A DNA stretch of 63,986 nucleotides, filler included, from Stramenopiles sp. TOSAG23-6 (taxonomy: Eukaryota): the NCBI GenBank assembly GCA_900128565.1. It is 7 parts of 7 records of this genome, joined end to end, with 100 filler letters (N's around TTAATTAATTAA, not from the genome) between each part and the next. Parts side by side here need not be neighbours in the genome. Positions count along the whole stretch, not along the records: positions 1 to 9,164 come from LT636390.1; positions 9,265 to 18,422 come from LT636391.1; 5 more parts are not named here. The stretch is one strand, 5' to 3'. The notes beneath the pieces were generated by a model that did not search any database, was not told where the DNA came from, and saw nothing but the letters and a program-made list of their open reading frames with translations. Below, piece by piece: positions 1 to 10,384 of this stretch (position 1 is its first letter; the number at the start of each line of letters is the position of its first letter). Made by a program: the position numbers and the translations under genes.

Positions 1-70
1 TTTTTTTTTTAAGAAATTTTTTTCCTAAAAAAAAAAATCAAAAAAAAAAAAAATATTTTTCACAATATAG
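1..70 (+). mobile_element. 3' part of a family-like intron, ending in canonical AG (CACAATATAG|GT)
   Basis: Same 3' motif as the repeat family (AATATTTTTTCACAATAT..); the exon resumes in frame with transportin (x|GT GTG GCC AAT AAT). Confidence 0.7.
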
Positions 71-613
71 GTGTGGCCAATAATGCAATTTGGGCCATTG
101 GAGAAATTACTGTAAGTTCTGCTCAAAATTCTCAAAATGATGGTGTTGCTTCATTTGTACCAACTGTTCTTCAACATCTGGTACCAATGGTTAACAATAA
201 AGCATACGAAAAAAATGAAGATTTTCGAATGCTTTTATTGAATGCATCGACAACTATATGTCGCTTTGGATTGATTTATCCTAAAGAAGTAAGCGTACAT
301 TTAGAACATTTTATTATTAAAGTGTGTACAATTATTGGTCATATGGAGGAAGATAGGGAAAAATACGATTCATATAGAGGATTATGTGCAATGCTTCAAA
401 TGAATCCCAATGTTGCATTAAATAATCTTGAAATATTGTATCATATTATGGATGCGTTTGCGAGGTATGGAACTCCAAATGCAGAATTGAAACAAATATT
501 TCATGTTATACTCAATAAATACAAGGAAATTCTTGCGGAAAATTGGAATGGATTTTATTCGAAATTGCCACCTAATTTGAGACATGAATTGGCGACTAGA
601 TTTGCATTAGTTG
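71..613 (+). CDS. TNPO1: Transportin-1 / karyopherin beta-2, last exon (runs into N gap)
   Basis: VANNAIWAIGEI, NASTTICRFGL and EKYDSYRGLCAMLQMNP match the C-terminal HEAT repeats of transportin. Confidence 0.8.
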
Positions 614-1128
614 NNNNNNNNNNNNNNNNNNNNNNNNNNNNNNNNNNNNNNNNNNNNNNNNNNNNNNNNNNNNNNNNNNNNNNNNNNNNNNNNNNNNNNN
701 NNNNNNNNNNNNNNNNNNNNNNNNNNNNNNNNNNNNNNNNNNNNNNNNNNNNNNNNNNNNTGCATAGAATTAGTGTACTATAAATAAATAAAAGATTGTC
801 GTTTGACGTTGAAAACCCCATTTTTGTTTTTTAATTGTAAGAAACGCCCAATTTGGGAAATTAATTAAGAAATGGCATTGGCATGAAATCCATGCCAATA
901 TTTTGAAAAAAATTAAGCAAAATTATTAATTATTATAAGTTTATTATATTTCGTGTTTTACATCGATCGCGATCTCTCGGCATTTCAAAGTTGAGAAAAA
1001 GAGAACGCCCGTCGTCATTTTCCCATCCCGCGTGACAAAATAGTTGAAAGTTAGATTGATTTTTCGATTTTTAATATTTATTAGTGCATAGTTCTAGTTG
1101 CACTGTGAATCAATTTATTTGAAGAAGA

Positions 1129-2639
1129 ATGCATCTTTCAGCCATATTTGTCGTGAACGTACAAGGAGATGTAGTCATCCAGAGATATTACCGTGATGAC
1201 GTCTCGAAAACTGCAACGAATAATTTCAAGCTGCAAGTTATTGCTGCAAAGGAAGCTGGTGCGCAACCTCCAATCAAGGTAATTGATAATAGTACGTTTA
1301 TGTATTTGCGGCATGAGGATATTTATTTCGTGGCTGTAACCAGATTAAACTCAAATCCAGCTCTGGTATTTCAATTTATGTGGAATTTAATCAAAATTTT
1401 TGACTCCTATTTTAGTGACGGTAGAAAAAAATTTGGAGAGAAACAGCTAAGAAATAACTTTACCCTTGTGTATGAACTTTTGGATGAAGTCATGGACTTT
1501 GGATATCCTCAAACTACGTCTGTCGATCTACTACAGCTTCACATCAATACTGGGGAAATGCGAAAGAAATTGGCAGAGAAAAATGTTAAATTAGATCCCA
1601 AAGACCTAACTGGAGCTGTTGATTGGCGAACAGAGGGTGTAAAACACAAAAAAAATGAAATTTTCATTGATGTTATTGAGCAAGTTGAATTATTGATGTC
1701 CACTAATGGTGCTGTATTACGAAGTACAGTACAAGGCCGTGTCATGTTTGTTAACCCTAACCCTAATATACATTTCTTTTTTTTTTGTATAAAATTTTTG
1801 TACCTAACAAGTTGTACTACTATATATATATTCACCATTATATGATGAAAGCATTTCTCTCTGGAATGCCAGAGTGTCGATTTGGGTTAAATGATAAAGT
1901 TTCTATGGATAAAGATGAAAAACGCGGCGGCTTACGCGCAAAGAGGTCCGTGGTGTTAGATGACTGCAGCTTCCATCGATGTGTACGTTTTCATTATGAA
2001 TTTTTTACCTAAATTTTTTTTTTTTGGTTTTTTATAAAAATGTTGTACCTAACCAAAAAACAAATTTCGAATTTAATTTTTTTTACAATACATGTTCGAC
2101 TTGGAAAGTTTGAAGATGATCGTAGTATTACTTTTATCCCTCCAGATGGTGTTTTTGAGCTAATGAGTTATCGTATTACTAATAATGTAAAGCTACCTAT
2201 TCGAATTCTTCCTGTAATCGAAGAACAAGGATCGACAAAAGTCATTATTAACTTGAAAATCCAGGCCAATTTTTCAGCAAATTTATTTGCTAATAAAGTT
2301 GTAATTAAAATTCCAGTCCCTAAAAATACTGCTAGAGCTAAAGTGCGTGTGGGTTGTGGTAAAGCAGCATATGAAGTTTCTGATAGTGCCATTGTTTGGA
2401 AGATTCGTCGCTTGCCAGGTGCTTCAGAGTATACATTGAATGGTAAAGTAGAATTAATAGCATCTTCAAGTGGAAAGTCTTGGTCTCGAGAACCTGTGAA
2501 GTTAGACTTCCAGGTTCCGATGTTTACTTCTTCAGGTATGCGTGTTCGTTTTCTAAAAATTTATGAGAAATCAAACTATAATACAACAAAATGGGTGAGA
2601 TATTTGACGAAAGCGGGTCACTATAATCACCGAATTTGA
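1129..2639 (+). CDS. AP2M1: AP-2 adaptor complex mu subunit; exons 1129-1745, 1844-1982, 2094-2639
   Basis: Motifs NNFTLVYELLDEVMDFGYPQ, VDWR.EG.KHKKNEIFIDV, MKAFLSGMPECRFGLND, FHRCVRLGKF..DRSITFIPPDG and KWVRYLTKAG.Y..R. The three ORF pieces join after removing two non-AG introns. Confidence 0.95.
1746..1843 (+). mobile_element. Non-canonical intron, GT...AT (98 nt), diverged family member
   Basis: GTC AT|GTTTGT...TACCTAAC...CCATTATAT|G ATG AAA restores GRVMMKAFLSG. Confidence 0.85.
1983..2093 (+). mobile_element. Non-canonical intron, GT...AT (111 nt)
   Basis: TGT|GTACGT...TACCTAAC...ACAATACAT|GTT CGA restores conserved FHRCVRL; it has an in-frame stop and no AG after the branch motif. 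Confidence 0.92.
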
Positions 2640-2734
2640 TACTTTTTTTATTATCATAAAAAATAAATAATGTATATTTCTTCTTTTCCTTGAGTTTGTA
2701 GTAATAAATGTCTTTATTAATTCTAATATATCAT

Positions 2735-3979
2735 TTAACTACTAAACTCTTTTTTCATCAATGCCAAAGTAACATTTAAGTCCTGAAGAAGTTTAAACCC
2801 TTTTTCATTGATTTCACGTGAACTATTGGCCTTGTTCGATAACGCATCCTCTAAGAGAGTTGCTATTATTGTATGACCTTCTTCCTTTGCCAGTGTAATG
2901 GCTTTTCGGCAGACTTCATGGAATACCTGTAAGTTAGGGTTAGGGCTACGAGAAAAAAATAAATCACCTTCTGAAATTGAGGAATGTTTCATTTTTAGTA
3001 TACTTGTGACGACATCTTCATGACCTTCTTTTGCCGCCATAGTTAATGCTGTGCTATCTAACACGTCACTGTATAAAAGAGGGTCAGCTCCATTCTTCAG
3101 CAAAACTTCCACAATTTCATTTTGACCTTTTGTTGCAGCGAGCATAAGAGCTGTCCTACCAAATTTTGATTCTTTTATATCCAAAAACGCCCCATATTCA
3201 ATGAGAATGTTCAAGATCGCAACGCTTCCGTTTTCAGCAGCAATCATCAAAGGAGAGTATGACGAACAATGCCTACCACATAAAAGATATGATTGAGTCT
3301 TATTCACATCAGCACCTCCTTTAATCAAAGCAATTACCAAACCAAGATCACCATTTTTTACAGCTACATTCAATGGTGTGGTGTCATATACATTATCTTC
3401 ATTTAGTCTCATAGATAACGAAGTGATACTGGAGTCAACTGAATCTAAATTTTGAGGTACCATAGGGGAGATGGGTAAAGTAATAAACAACGCAGTTTCT
3501 TTAATATTCGATTCTTGAGTAACCCTATCTTCAGTAGTAGATTTAGATTCCTCCACTATTTCAGGGACAGAATCTAACTTTAGGGTGTTTGGTGACATAT
3601 CACGGTCAACCATGACAACATTGTCCTTATTGGAAGTATCAAAATTTCTACGAATATTTTGTAAAGCGTCGGTCACATAAAAATCTAGCTGTTCACTGAT
3701 GACATTAAAGGGAGAAACCTTTCTAAGATTACTGCCTTCAAGAAAAGTTACTTTAGTATCATCAATAGATGATGCCTCGATGTCTTTTATTGGCATAGAT
3801 GAATTGACATTTACTCCTTTTCTTATCAAACCGGCAACAGCCTCGCTATCGCCATTCTCTACAGCTTTATACAACTTTTCTTTGGCATCAGTAGGAAGCG
3901 CAAAGTGTACTTTATACAAAACACCGAAGCCAGCAATAGCAGTAATAAAAAGAGCAATTTTAACTGCATGGCGTTTCAT
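2735..3979 (-). CDS. Ankyrin-repeat protein with N-terminal signal/TM segment
   Basis: Ankyrin motifs TPLNVAVKNGD, SPLMIAAENG, TALMLAATKG and TALTMAAKEG; hydrophobic N-terminus. Confidence 0.85.
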   Translation of the reverse strand: MKRHAVKIALFITAIAGFGVLYKVHFALPTDAKEKLYKAVENGDSEAVAGLIRKGVNVNSSMPIKDIEASSIDDTKVTFLEGSNLRKVSPFNVISEQLDFYVTDALQNIRRNFDTSNKDNVVMVDRDMSPNTLKLDSVPEIVEESKSTTEDRVTQESNIKETALFITLPISPMVPQNLDSVDSSITSLSMRLNEDNVYDTTPLNVAVKNGDLGLVIALIKGGADVNKTQSYLLCGRHCSSYSPLMIAAENGSVAILNILIEYGAFLDIKESKFGRTALMLAATKGQNEIVEVLLKNGADPLLYSDVLDSTALTMAAKEGHEDVVTSILKMKHSSISEGDLFFSRSPNPNLQVFHEVCRKAITLAKEEGHTIIATLLEDALSNKANSSREINEKGFKLLQDLNVTLALMKKEFSS

Positions 3980-4160
3980 TTTATCTGTATATTGGTATTT
4001 TAACGTACCAGTAAAGAAAACCAGATGATGTTACCAATGTATGGTATGACTACAGGTGTGTAAAAACACGTTGGTGGAGTGGCCCGAGGTAGCAAAATCA
4101 AAAAGCGCGCCGATTGACCATTTTTCGATTTGACAGCGAAAGCTATATTTCGACTCCAGT

Positions 4161-4173
4161 TCAGTCAGTCAGT
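4161..4173 (+). promoter_or_regulatory. Candidate core-promoter/initiator motif TCAGTCAG(TCAGT)
   Basis: The same motif recurs in sense orientation upstream of other start codons (44711, 48604 minus, 56355 minus). Confidence 0.4.
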
Positions 4174-4230
4174 TTTGGTGGCCCGACCAACAAAGAAAGT
4201 GTCTTTCATAATTAGTACAACAAAGGGCAA

Positions 4231-5012
4231 ATGATTTCATTCAAACGAACGAAACGTGAAGAGGAAGTATTCCACAAAGTTTTTAGTGGCTTAGGGCCAG
4301 CTCTTATTACTAACAGCTTTTTAACTCTGGAAGATAGACTTTCTGGGAGACTTGCGTCAAATGACGAAAATCGACCTTGGATGGTCGGTGTTGATTGGGG
4401 TAAAGTGACTTGTACTAAAACAGCTAAGCATGGTGACTTGAGTTTTTTACAATGGTTAAGAAGTCGAAATCCACCGTGTCCTTGGGATGAAGACACATGT
4501 AGTGCTGCAGCCAAAAATGGTCACTTGGAAGTATTGAAATGGGCAAGAAGTCAAAATCCACCTTGTCCATAGAAACTTGTTGTGAAGCAGCTATATATGG
4601 TCAATTGGAAGTATTGAAATGGTTAAGAAGTCAAAATCCACCTTGTCCGTGGGGTGAAATGACGTATTCTTATGCAGCTAAAAATGGTCACTTGGAAGTA
4701 TTGAAATGGTTAAGAAGTCAAAAACCGCCTTGTCCTTGGAATGAAGGTTTATGTGACAATGCAGCTTATGGTGGTCACTTAGAAGTATTACAATGGGCAA
4801 GAAGTCAAAATCCACCTTGTCCATGGGATATAAATATGTGTCTTCATTTGGCAATAGAATATGATCACTTAGACGTAAAACAGTGGTTGATAGAGATGGG
4901 TGCTGAGTCCTATTTCTTGGATGATGAATCAGACTATGAATCAGACTATGAATCAGACTATGAATTAGACTATGAATTAGAATTAGACTTGTTTTTACCC
5001 AGTGTACAATAA
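4231..5012 (+). pseudogene. Ankyrin-like CPW-repeat protein (AAxxGHLEVLKWARSQNPPCPW), frameshifted at ~4570
   Basis: Five repeats split over two frames. At 4561-4580 the expected CCATGGGATGAAGAA is shortened to CCATAGAA, giving a stop. The acidic tail has 12-bp DYES repeats. Confidence 0.65.
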
Positions 5013-5432
5013 TGTGCAATAGGACATTTTATTGGTGTTTTTGTGTTAATAATGAAACAAAAGATCGATTTTGTTTATAAAAGCCAAAATAAATCATAAT
5101 GATAAATACATCCCTTGCGCTTCACCACAACTAATTGTATTATATTTTTCAAAATAATAAAACAAAATTGACAATGTTTATGTTCACACTTGTCCCATTG
5201 TATATACTACTCAAAATTTAATAATTAAGCTAAACTATAAACTTTAAGTAAAACTTGTTAAGATTTTTTTAAGTACACGGTAGCTACAATATTTAAAAAC
5301 ATATTTTACAACTTCTAATAGTTACTATACTATACTATACTATAATATATATGTACATACTGTATATATATTATATAATGTATAATCTATAATATTATAA
5401 TATTATAACTAGGAATAACGATAATTCTAAAT

Positions 5433-5807
5433 TTATTTTCGAAGTTTTGAGTCATCCAAACAATTAATACGATTCGTCACAAATTTAGCAACTTCATTAG
5501 CAAGTTTATAGTATGTATCATTAGGGTCGCTATTAAATAGTTTACAATTATCACACATGCGCTTAATATCTGCCAAATACATGTTTTTTGAAGTATAATA
5601 TTCTTCGCCTTCAACATCAACACGTCTTTGAATAATTGACATATCAATCGGCTCTTTTACAATTTTAAGATACTCAGGATAAGTCACAGTATGAATTATG
5701 AAAAAATATTTCAAAAAAAAAAAACTAAAATTTGTTAGGTACAAATTTTCGTACGAAAAATAAATTCGAAATTGAAAAACAAATAAAACATGCGTTCTTC
5801 GGCTCGA
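5433..5807 (-). CDS. Bromodomain, C-terminal exons (GCN5/PCAF-like); 5' end lost at single-N join
   Basis: EPKN|TVTYPEYLKIVKEPIDMSIIQRRV...YLADIKRMCDNCKLFN...YYKLA. Confidence 0.75.
   Translation of the reverse strand, partial: SSRRTHVLFVFQFRIYFSYENLYLTNFSFFFLKYFFIIHTVTYPEYLKIVKEPIDMSIIQRRVDVEGEEYYTSKNMYLADIKRMCDNCKLFNSDPNDTYYKLANEVAKFVTNRINCLDDSKLRK
5691..5793 (-). mobile_element. Non-canonical intron, GC...AT (103 nt)
   Basis: AAC|GCATGTTTTA...TTTCGTACGAAA...TACCTAAC...ATAATTCAT|ACT; near-consensus family copy. Confidence 0.8.
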
Positions 5808-6716
5808 NTACAAAGTTTCATAATTGCAAGTCCCCACATACAAGCATGAGGATTCTGTTTATAATCAAATTTATCAATTTTCTGAAGATCTGGAAATTCA
5901 TGATTTGATTCGCAATCGAGTACAAAGTTCACAAATGTATCCAGACTATGACTACCTGTGAGTCCGTGCATTGGATAAAGGATTGAGACTGCCCATCGAG
6001 CTGTGGAAGTAGCTTTTTTAATGTCCGTGCGTTCAGCTTTCAGTCTATAGCAATGACAAAAGAATACAAACAATAGAACTTGTCTCATTCTATTGTATAA
6101 TCTCTACTATACGACAAGTATTATATTCCCCACCGTATTTTGTACACGTATAAAGTTCTCAAATCTTTATTGTTCACTCGGGGTCCGGATTCAAATTAGG
6201 AACACAAAAAAAAATCGGGTAAATTTTGAAACGGAAAACATTTGAGGGCCGGATGATGTGGCACGCACAATTTTTTATAACGGACAATTTTAAATTTTTT
6301 AAAAATAAATTAAACGGACAATTTTTTAATTTTTTCTATACTAGTACCTATACTAAAAATACCTCACATATCGATATATCGCACGGATAAGTGAATTTTC
6401 TTATATGTTGTTTTGTTCATTTTTCTTACATCAAATTCTGATTTCACCGAAACCTTTGAATGACTTCACACTTTTCATCATTTACATCTTACTTGTCTCA
6501 TTATGTAGATTGTTTGGATTCCATACCATTTTTTTGTACTTAATTTTCAAAATTTTTTTTAAGTACAAAAAAATTGTCATACAATGCATATTCAATTGGT
6601 CAGAACAAAAAACTATTAAAAGCTTCGGTCGACCGCCCACGATATCCAGTATTTACGTCATACCTATCTTTATAATATGCATCTTCTTTTTTTTTCTTTT
6701 TTTGATATCGCGACTC

Positions 6717-6816
6717 ATTTATTGTAGGGAAAATATTTTTTACAATTTGAAATTCGTTAGGTATGAAATTTTCTATAAAAAAAGAAATTGAATTGAATTG
6801 AATGATGAAAACATAC
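6717..6816 (-). mobile_element. Family intron, GT...AT (~100 nt), host gene unidentified
   Basis: GTATGTTTTC...TACCTAAC...TACAATAAAT|GAG. Confidence 0.65.
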
Positions 6817-6912
6817 ATACANCACACGGTTGTGATTGATCCGAGATACAATTTCCTGCACAGATAGAGTCGATTTTGACTTGATTAACTTAAATTTTCC
6901 ATCTCGGATGGC

Positions 6913-7002
6913 ATTTATTTTGGAAAAATATTTCAAAAAAAAATTGTTAGGTACAAAATTCCGTACGAAAAAAAAAATGAAATTTGAAAAAAAAAAACAT
7001 AC
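6913..7002 (-). mobile_element. Family intron, GT...AT (90 nt)
   Basis: TT|GTATGTTTT...TTCGTACGGAATTTTGTACCTAAC...CCAAAATAAAT|G. Confidence 0.75.
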
Positions 7003-7481
7003 AAAGATTCGTCCAACGCAGCAACTAACGTATCAATCCCTCCTTCTACCCGTGCTATGAATATTACGTTCTTTTCTGTCTTTGAGAGAATTAAGAGAAT
7101 CTCTAAGACTAATTCAAGACTCTCTACTGCCAAAGGTATGAGACCTACGGTACGTGAAGATAAGGCGGAAACAAGAGCTTGCAAGATGGGTATAAAAAAT
7201 TTACAACCGTATATACGTCCTGATATAATAGGTGCTCGAGTATCTTTTAGTAAAAGCAAAAGAATGACACGTAGACATTTTTGTAGAATTCTTAATTTTG
7301 CTAGGCTTCTGCATGCACCAATCTTCATATCGAAAGCAAGTTTTGTAACAACGTCTAAACCATCAGCTGCCATTATTGCATTAGGTGGAGATGATAAAAT
7401 AGTTGTTAATCCTGAAAGTAATTGTTCGAGGTCTCCATTAGATGCAACCAGTGAATTCACAACTTGTGCAAGTTTAGCCAT
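7003..7481 (-). CDS. Hypothetical helical (ARM-like) protein, first exon
   Basis: ATG-initiated, Leu-rich ORF ending at a family donor; no recognisable family. Confidence 0.45.
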
Positions 7482-7759
7482 TTATTCTGTTTTAGGTGAT
7501 TGAATCATAATTTAAATGATGCTTTTATAAAAGAGTTAACTGGAAAGAAAGACGAAAGTGGATCTATAAGACTACTCGTCGGGAGATAGATCGGTCATCT
7601 TTTTTTGATATCCGATTTTACATTTTTATTTACGGTTACATTCCGATTTCTTAGGAGAATCATAATTAGTGTCTTTTTGGTCAGAAAATTTGAAATTTCT
7701 ACTTGTATTATTTTCATTTCAAGTCAAATGCAATAGCGATGACCGATAAACTTTTAGTA

Positions 7760-7865
7760 TTCATTATGAATTTAGCTGAATTAAATCAACATCAACAAAT
7801 TGATAGGCACTTTTCATTATGAATTTAGCTGAATTAAATCAACATCAACAAATTGATAGGCACTT
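7760..7865. repeat. 53-bp tandem duplication in intergenic/3' UTR
   Basis: TTCATTATGAATTTAGCTGAATTAAATCAACATCAACAAATTGATAGGCACTT x2. Confidence 0.9.
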
Positions 7866-7933
7866 CTTGCACATTTGTAGCTCTACTTTTTAAAGTAAAA
7901 TTTATTAAAGAGTTAATTTTCAAGTTATCATGG

Positions 7934-9108
7934 TTAGTTACTATCACTCCCATTGCCTTGATCATTTCCTTCAGCTTTTGTTGCTATTGTCACATCCTTC
8001 ATCTGAACTTCAGTCATGCCTTGCTTCAACGCTGCTGTTTTCGATTTATTCATGTTGAAAGCAAATGCACCACCAATACCTGCTACAGCACCAATAACAC
8101 TTATACAAATAAGAGCAATCGCCCATGACTCCATACCATCATCTCCAATTTTCCGTTGGTTTGATTGAAGATTTTCTTGGTTTGGACGAAGATTTGGGTC
8201 GCATTCATTGCCCTTTGCTACACATTTGTTGCACTTGTCGACAACAGCAGATCCACCAAACTTTCCATTACAGTCAGCAACGCAGTGACTTGCTGTCAAT
8301 TTGCAATCGCCACATTTATCAACCGAGGCAAGACCAGCACAAGTCCCAGCACAATCATTTACTTTTGTGCCACCACAAGTCCCAGCGCAATCATTTACTT
8401 TTGTGCCACCACAAGTCCCAGCGCAATCATTTACTGCTTTGCCGCCAAACTTTCCTTTACAGTCAGCAACGCAATGCTTCGCTGGCAATTCGCAATCGCC
8501 ACATTTATCAACTGTAGATTTACCATTGCACACACCTGCGCAATCGTTAGATGCCGTTCCTCCCCAAACACCTGCACAATCTTGTTTACAGTTGTTTGCT
8601 GGATCTTTGTCACATACCCCGCATTTATCAATATCAGTTGTAGCAGAACACCATTCCTTCCCACCGATTTTTGGAAACACACCTGCTGCCAGAGTAACCC
8701 CAACATTTCGAAAGATGACATTAGACGATTTCAAACTTGTATTGGTTGTAAACTCTTTATTAGTTATTGCAGTTATACCAGATCCAATCACAAGACCTTT
8801 CAATTTTGTATTACCATAGAAAAAGTCTTGACCAATTGCTGTTACTGAATCAGGAATCACGAAATATCCTTTCGCATGATCCGTTCCAGATCCGAGAAGT
8901 TCATAAAATGTGAAAAATATGTAAAAAAAATATTTGTTTTTGTTAGGTACAAAATTACGTATAAAAAAAAACTAAAAAAAAAAAAATTTAAATTCACAAT
9001 GAAAACGTACAGTGTCATTCTGGAATTGTTGCATGTCAATCTTTGTCAATGCAGCCTTATCCGAATAATCCTCAAATTGAAATGTTGTAAGACTCTTACA
9101 ATTCTGAA
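7934..9108 (-). CDS. Surface protein: BspA-type LRR (LRR_5), Cys-rich DCxGxCGG repeats and C-terminal TM; exons 9108-9011 and 8902-7934; 5' truncated
   Basis: FQNCKSLTTFQF and IPDSVTAIG..FF.GN..LK.LVIG.GITAI; repeated DCAGTCGG (39-bp units); TM WAIALICISVIGAVAGIGGAF. Confidence 0.75.
8903..9010 (-). mobile_element. Family intron, GT...AT (108 nt)
   Basis: ACT|GTACGT...TACCTAAC...CACATTTTAT|GAA joins the two LRR exons in frame. Confidence 0.82.
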
Positions 9109-9164
9109 ATGTATTTTGGAAAAATATTTCAAAAAAAAAATCGTTAGGTACAAAATTTCGTACG
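9109..9164 (-). mobile_element. 3' half of family intron (...CCAAAATACAT|TT), contig end
   Basis: Consensus sequence up to the gap. Confidence 0.8.
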
Positions 9165-9264
9165 NNNNNNNNNNNNNNNNNNNNNNNNNNNNNNNNNNNN
9201 NNNNNNNNTTAATTAATTAANNNNNNNNNNNNNNNNNNNNNNNNNNNNNNNNNNNNNNNNNNNN
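9165..9264. other. Artificial contig linker (N-TTAATTAATTAA-N); further copies at 18467, 27720, 36907, 46092 and 55256
   Basis: Six-frame stop linker flanked by N runs; contig lengths decrease along the window. Confidence 0.97.
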
Positions 9265-9343
9265 AAAATATTTCAAAAAAAAATCGTTAGGTACAAAATT
9301 TCGTACGAAAAAAAAATCGATTTTGAAAATAAATAAAATATAC
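9265..9343 (-). mobile_element. Family intron, 3' end cut by gap (CAT|GTATAT donor)
   Basis: Consensus core TTTCGTACGAAATTTTGTACCTAAC. Confidence 0.8.
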
Positions 9344-10043
9344 ATGTGTAAGAGTCTGGTATTTCAAAAGATAACGTTGGTTTTGGATTTTTTTGTGATG
9401 ATATATTTTCTGTTTTACCTTGAGAAGATTCGCAACTTTGTTTTGTTTTTATTGGATGATACACATGTATTTAAAAAAATATTTTAAATTCGAAATTCGT
9501 TATGTACGTAATGTATATGAAAAAATAAATAATTTGAAATTAATTATGAAAACATACAATTTCAGAGTTATCAGTGGTAATTCCTATTTGGTGTATACTC
9601 TCTTGGGGAAAAATTTCATCTTGAAAAGATTCGTATGTAAAGAAAAACAACATTGAAGTTTTCAGTGAAATACCACAAAGAAACCAAATAAAGCACGTAA
9701 AAATCAGTCGAACTTGTTGTGTTAAATGAGCATGTTCCACATTGGTCAAATTATCTACAGTGTAGCTAACAAAAATTCCCCAGAATGCAAATACTCCCCA
9801 ATAAAAAGTATTGCGCAATTTTGTAAAATGTGAAGAAGAATCCACGTTTCTTTTTGGTCGCCAAGTCATATATAGATGGAAAAAAAGGAAAAACTCCCAG
9901 AAGAAAAAATACAAGAAGTTTTTTAACTTTTTCAAATCCTGATCAACCGGTGTGTATGCGAACGCTGAAAGAACCGATGTGTGTGTGTGTGCGAACGCTG
10001 AATGCACTACTGATAACATACTAATTGTGAAGCTTAAAAGCAA
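9344..10043 (-). CDS. Hypothetical membrane protein, 5' exons; start uncertain
   Basis: Hydrophobic ORF joined in frame to exon 9464-9344 across a family intron. Confidence 0.4.
9465..9557 (-). mobile_element. Family intron, GT...AT (93 nt)
   Basis: ATT|GTATGT...TACATAAC...TAAATACAT|GTG, in frame. Confidence 0.78.
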
Positions 10044-10384
10044 ATCCTATATTAACTAATCAAATAGTATTTTGTTAATGGCCTGAATATGTGAGGACAA
10101 CTTCACGGCGTAAGGGTCGCTCTAAGGTCCTATTAAGAGCTGATAGCGCTAACGGCTAAAAAGTGCTAAAAAAAAAGTTCAAAAACAAACTGACGTTAAA
10201 AAATTAACGGTCATATGATACTATTCACTTTTTAATATCAGACACAATTCCATACACATTCTCACTTGTTTGGCGGTGTACTATTGCAGTGTACTGAGTA
10301 TACTACTAGCAATACTACAATAATGGAGCACGAATGAGTATTTTGACAAAAGAACTGTAATTAATGAACCACGCTAGCTAGAGA

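Noticed and set aside
6823-6912. Frame mismatch after intron 6913-7002 as another chimera
   Set aside because: The consensus junction gives a short terminal exon (LPSEMENLS*) that may be the real gene end; there is no homology to decide.
9209-9220. TTAATTAATTAA repeated about every 9.2 kb
   Set aside because: Artificial six-frame stop linker between contigs; gene neighbourhood across it is meaningless.
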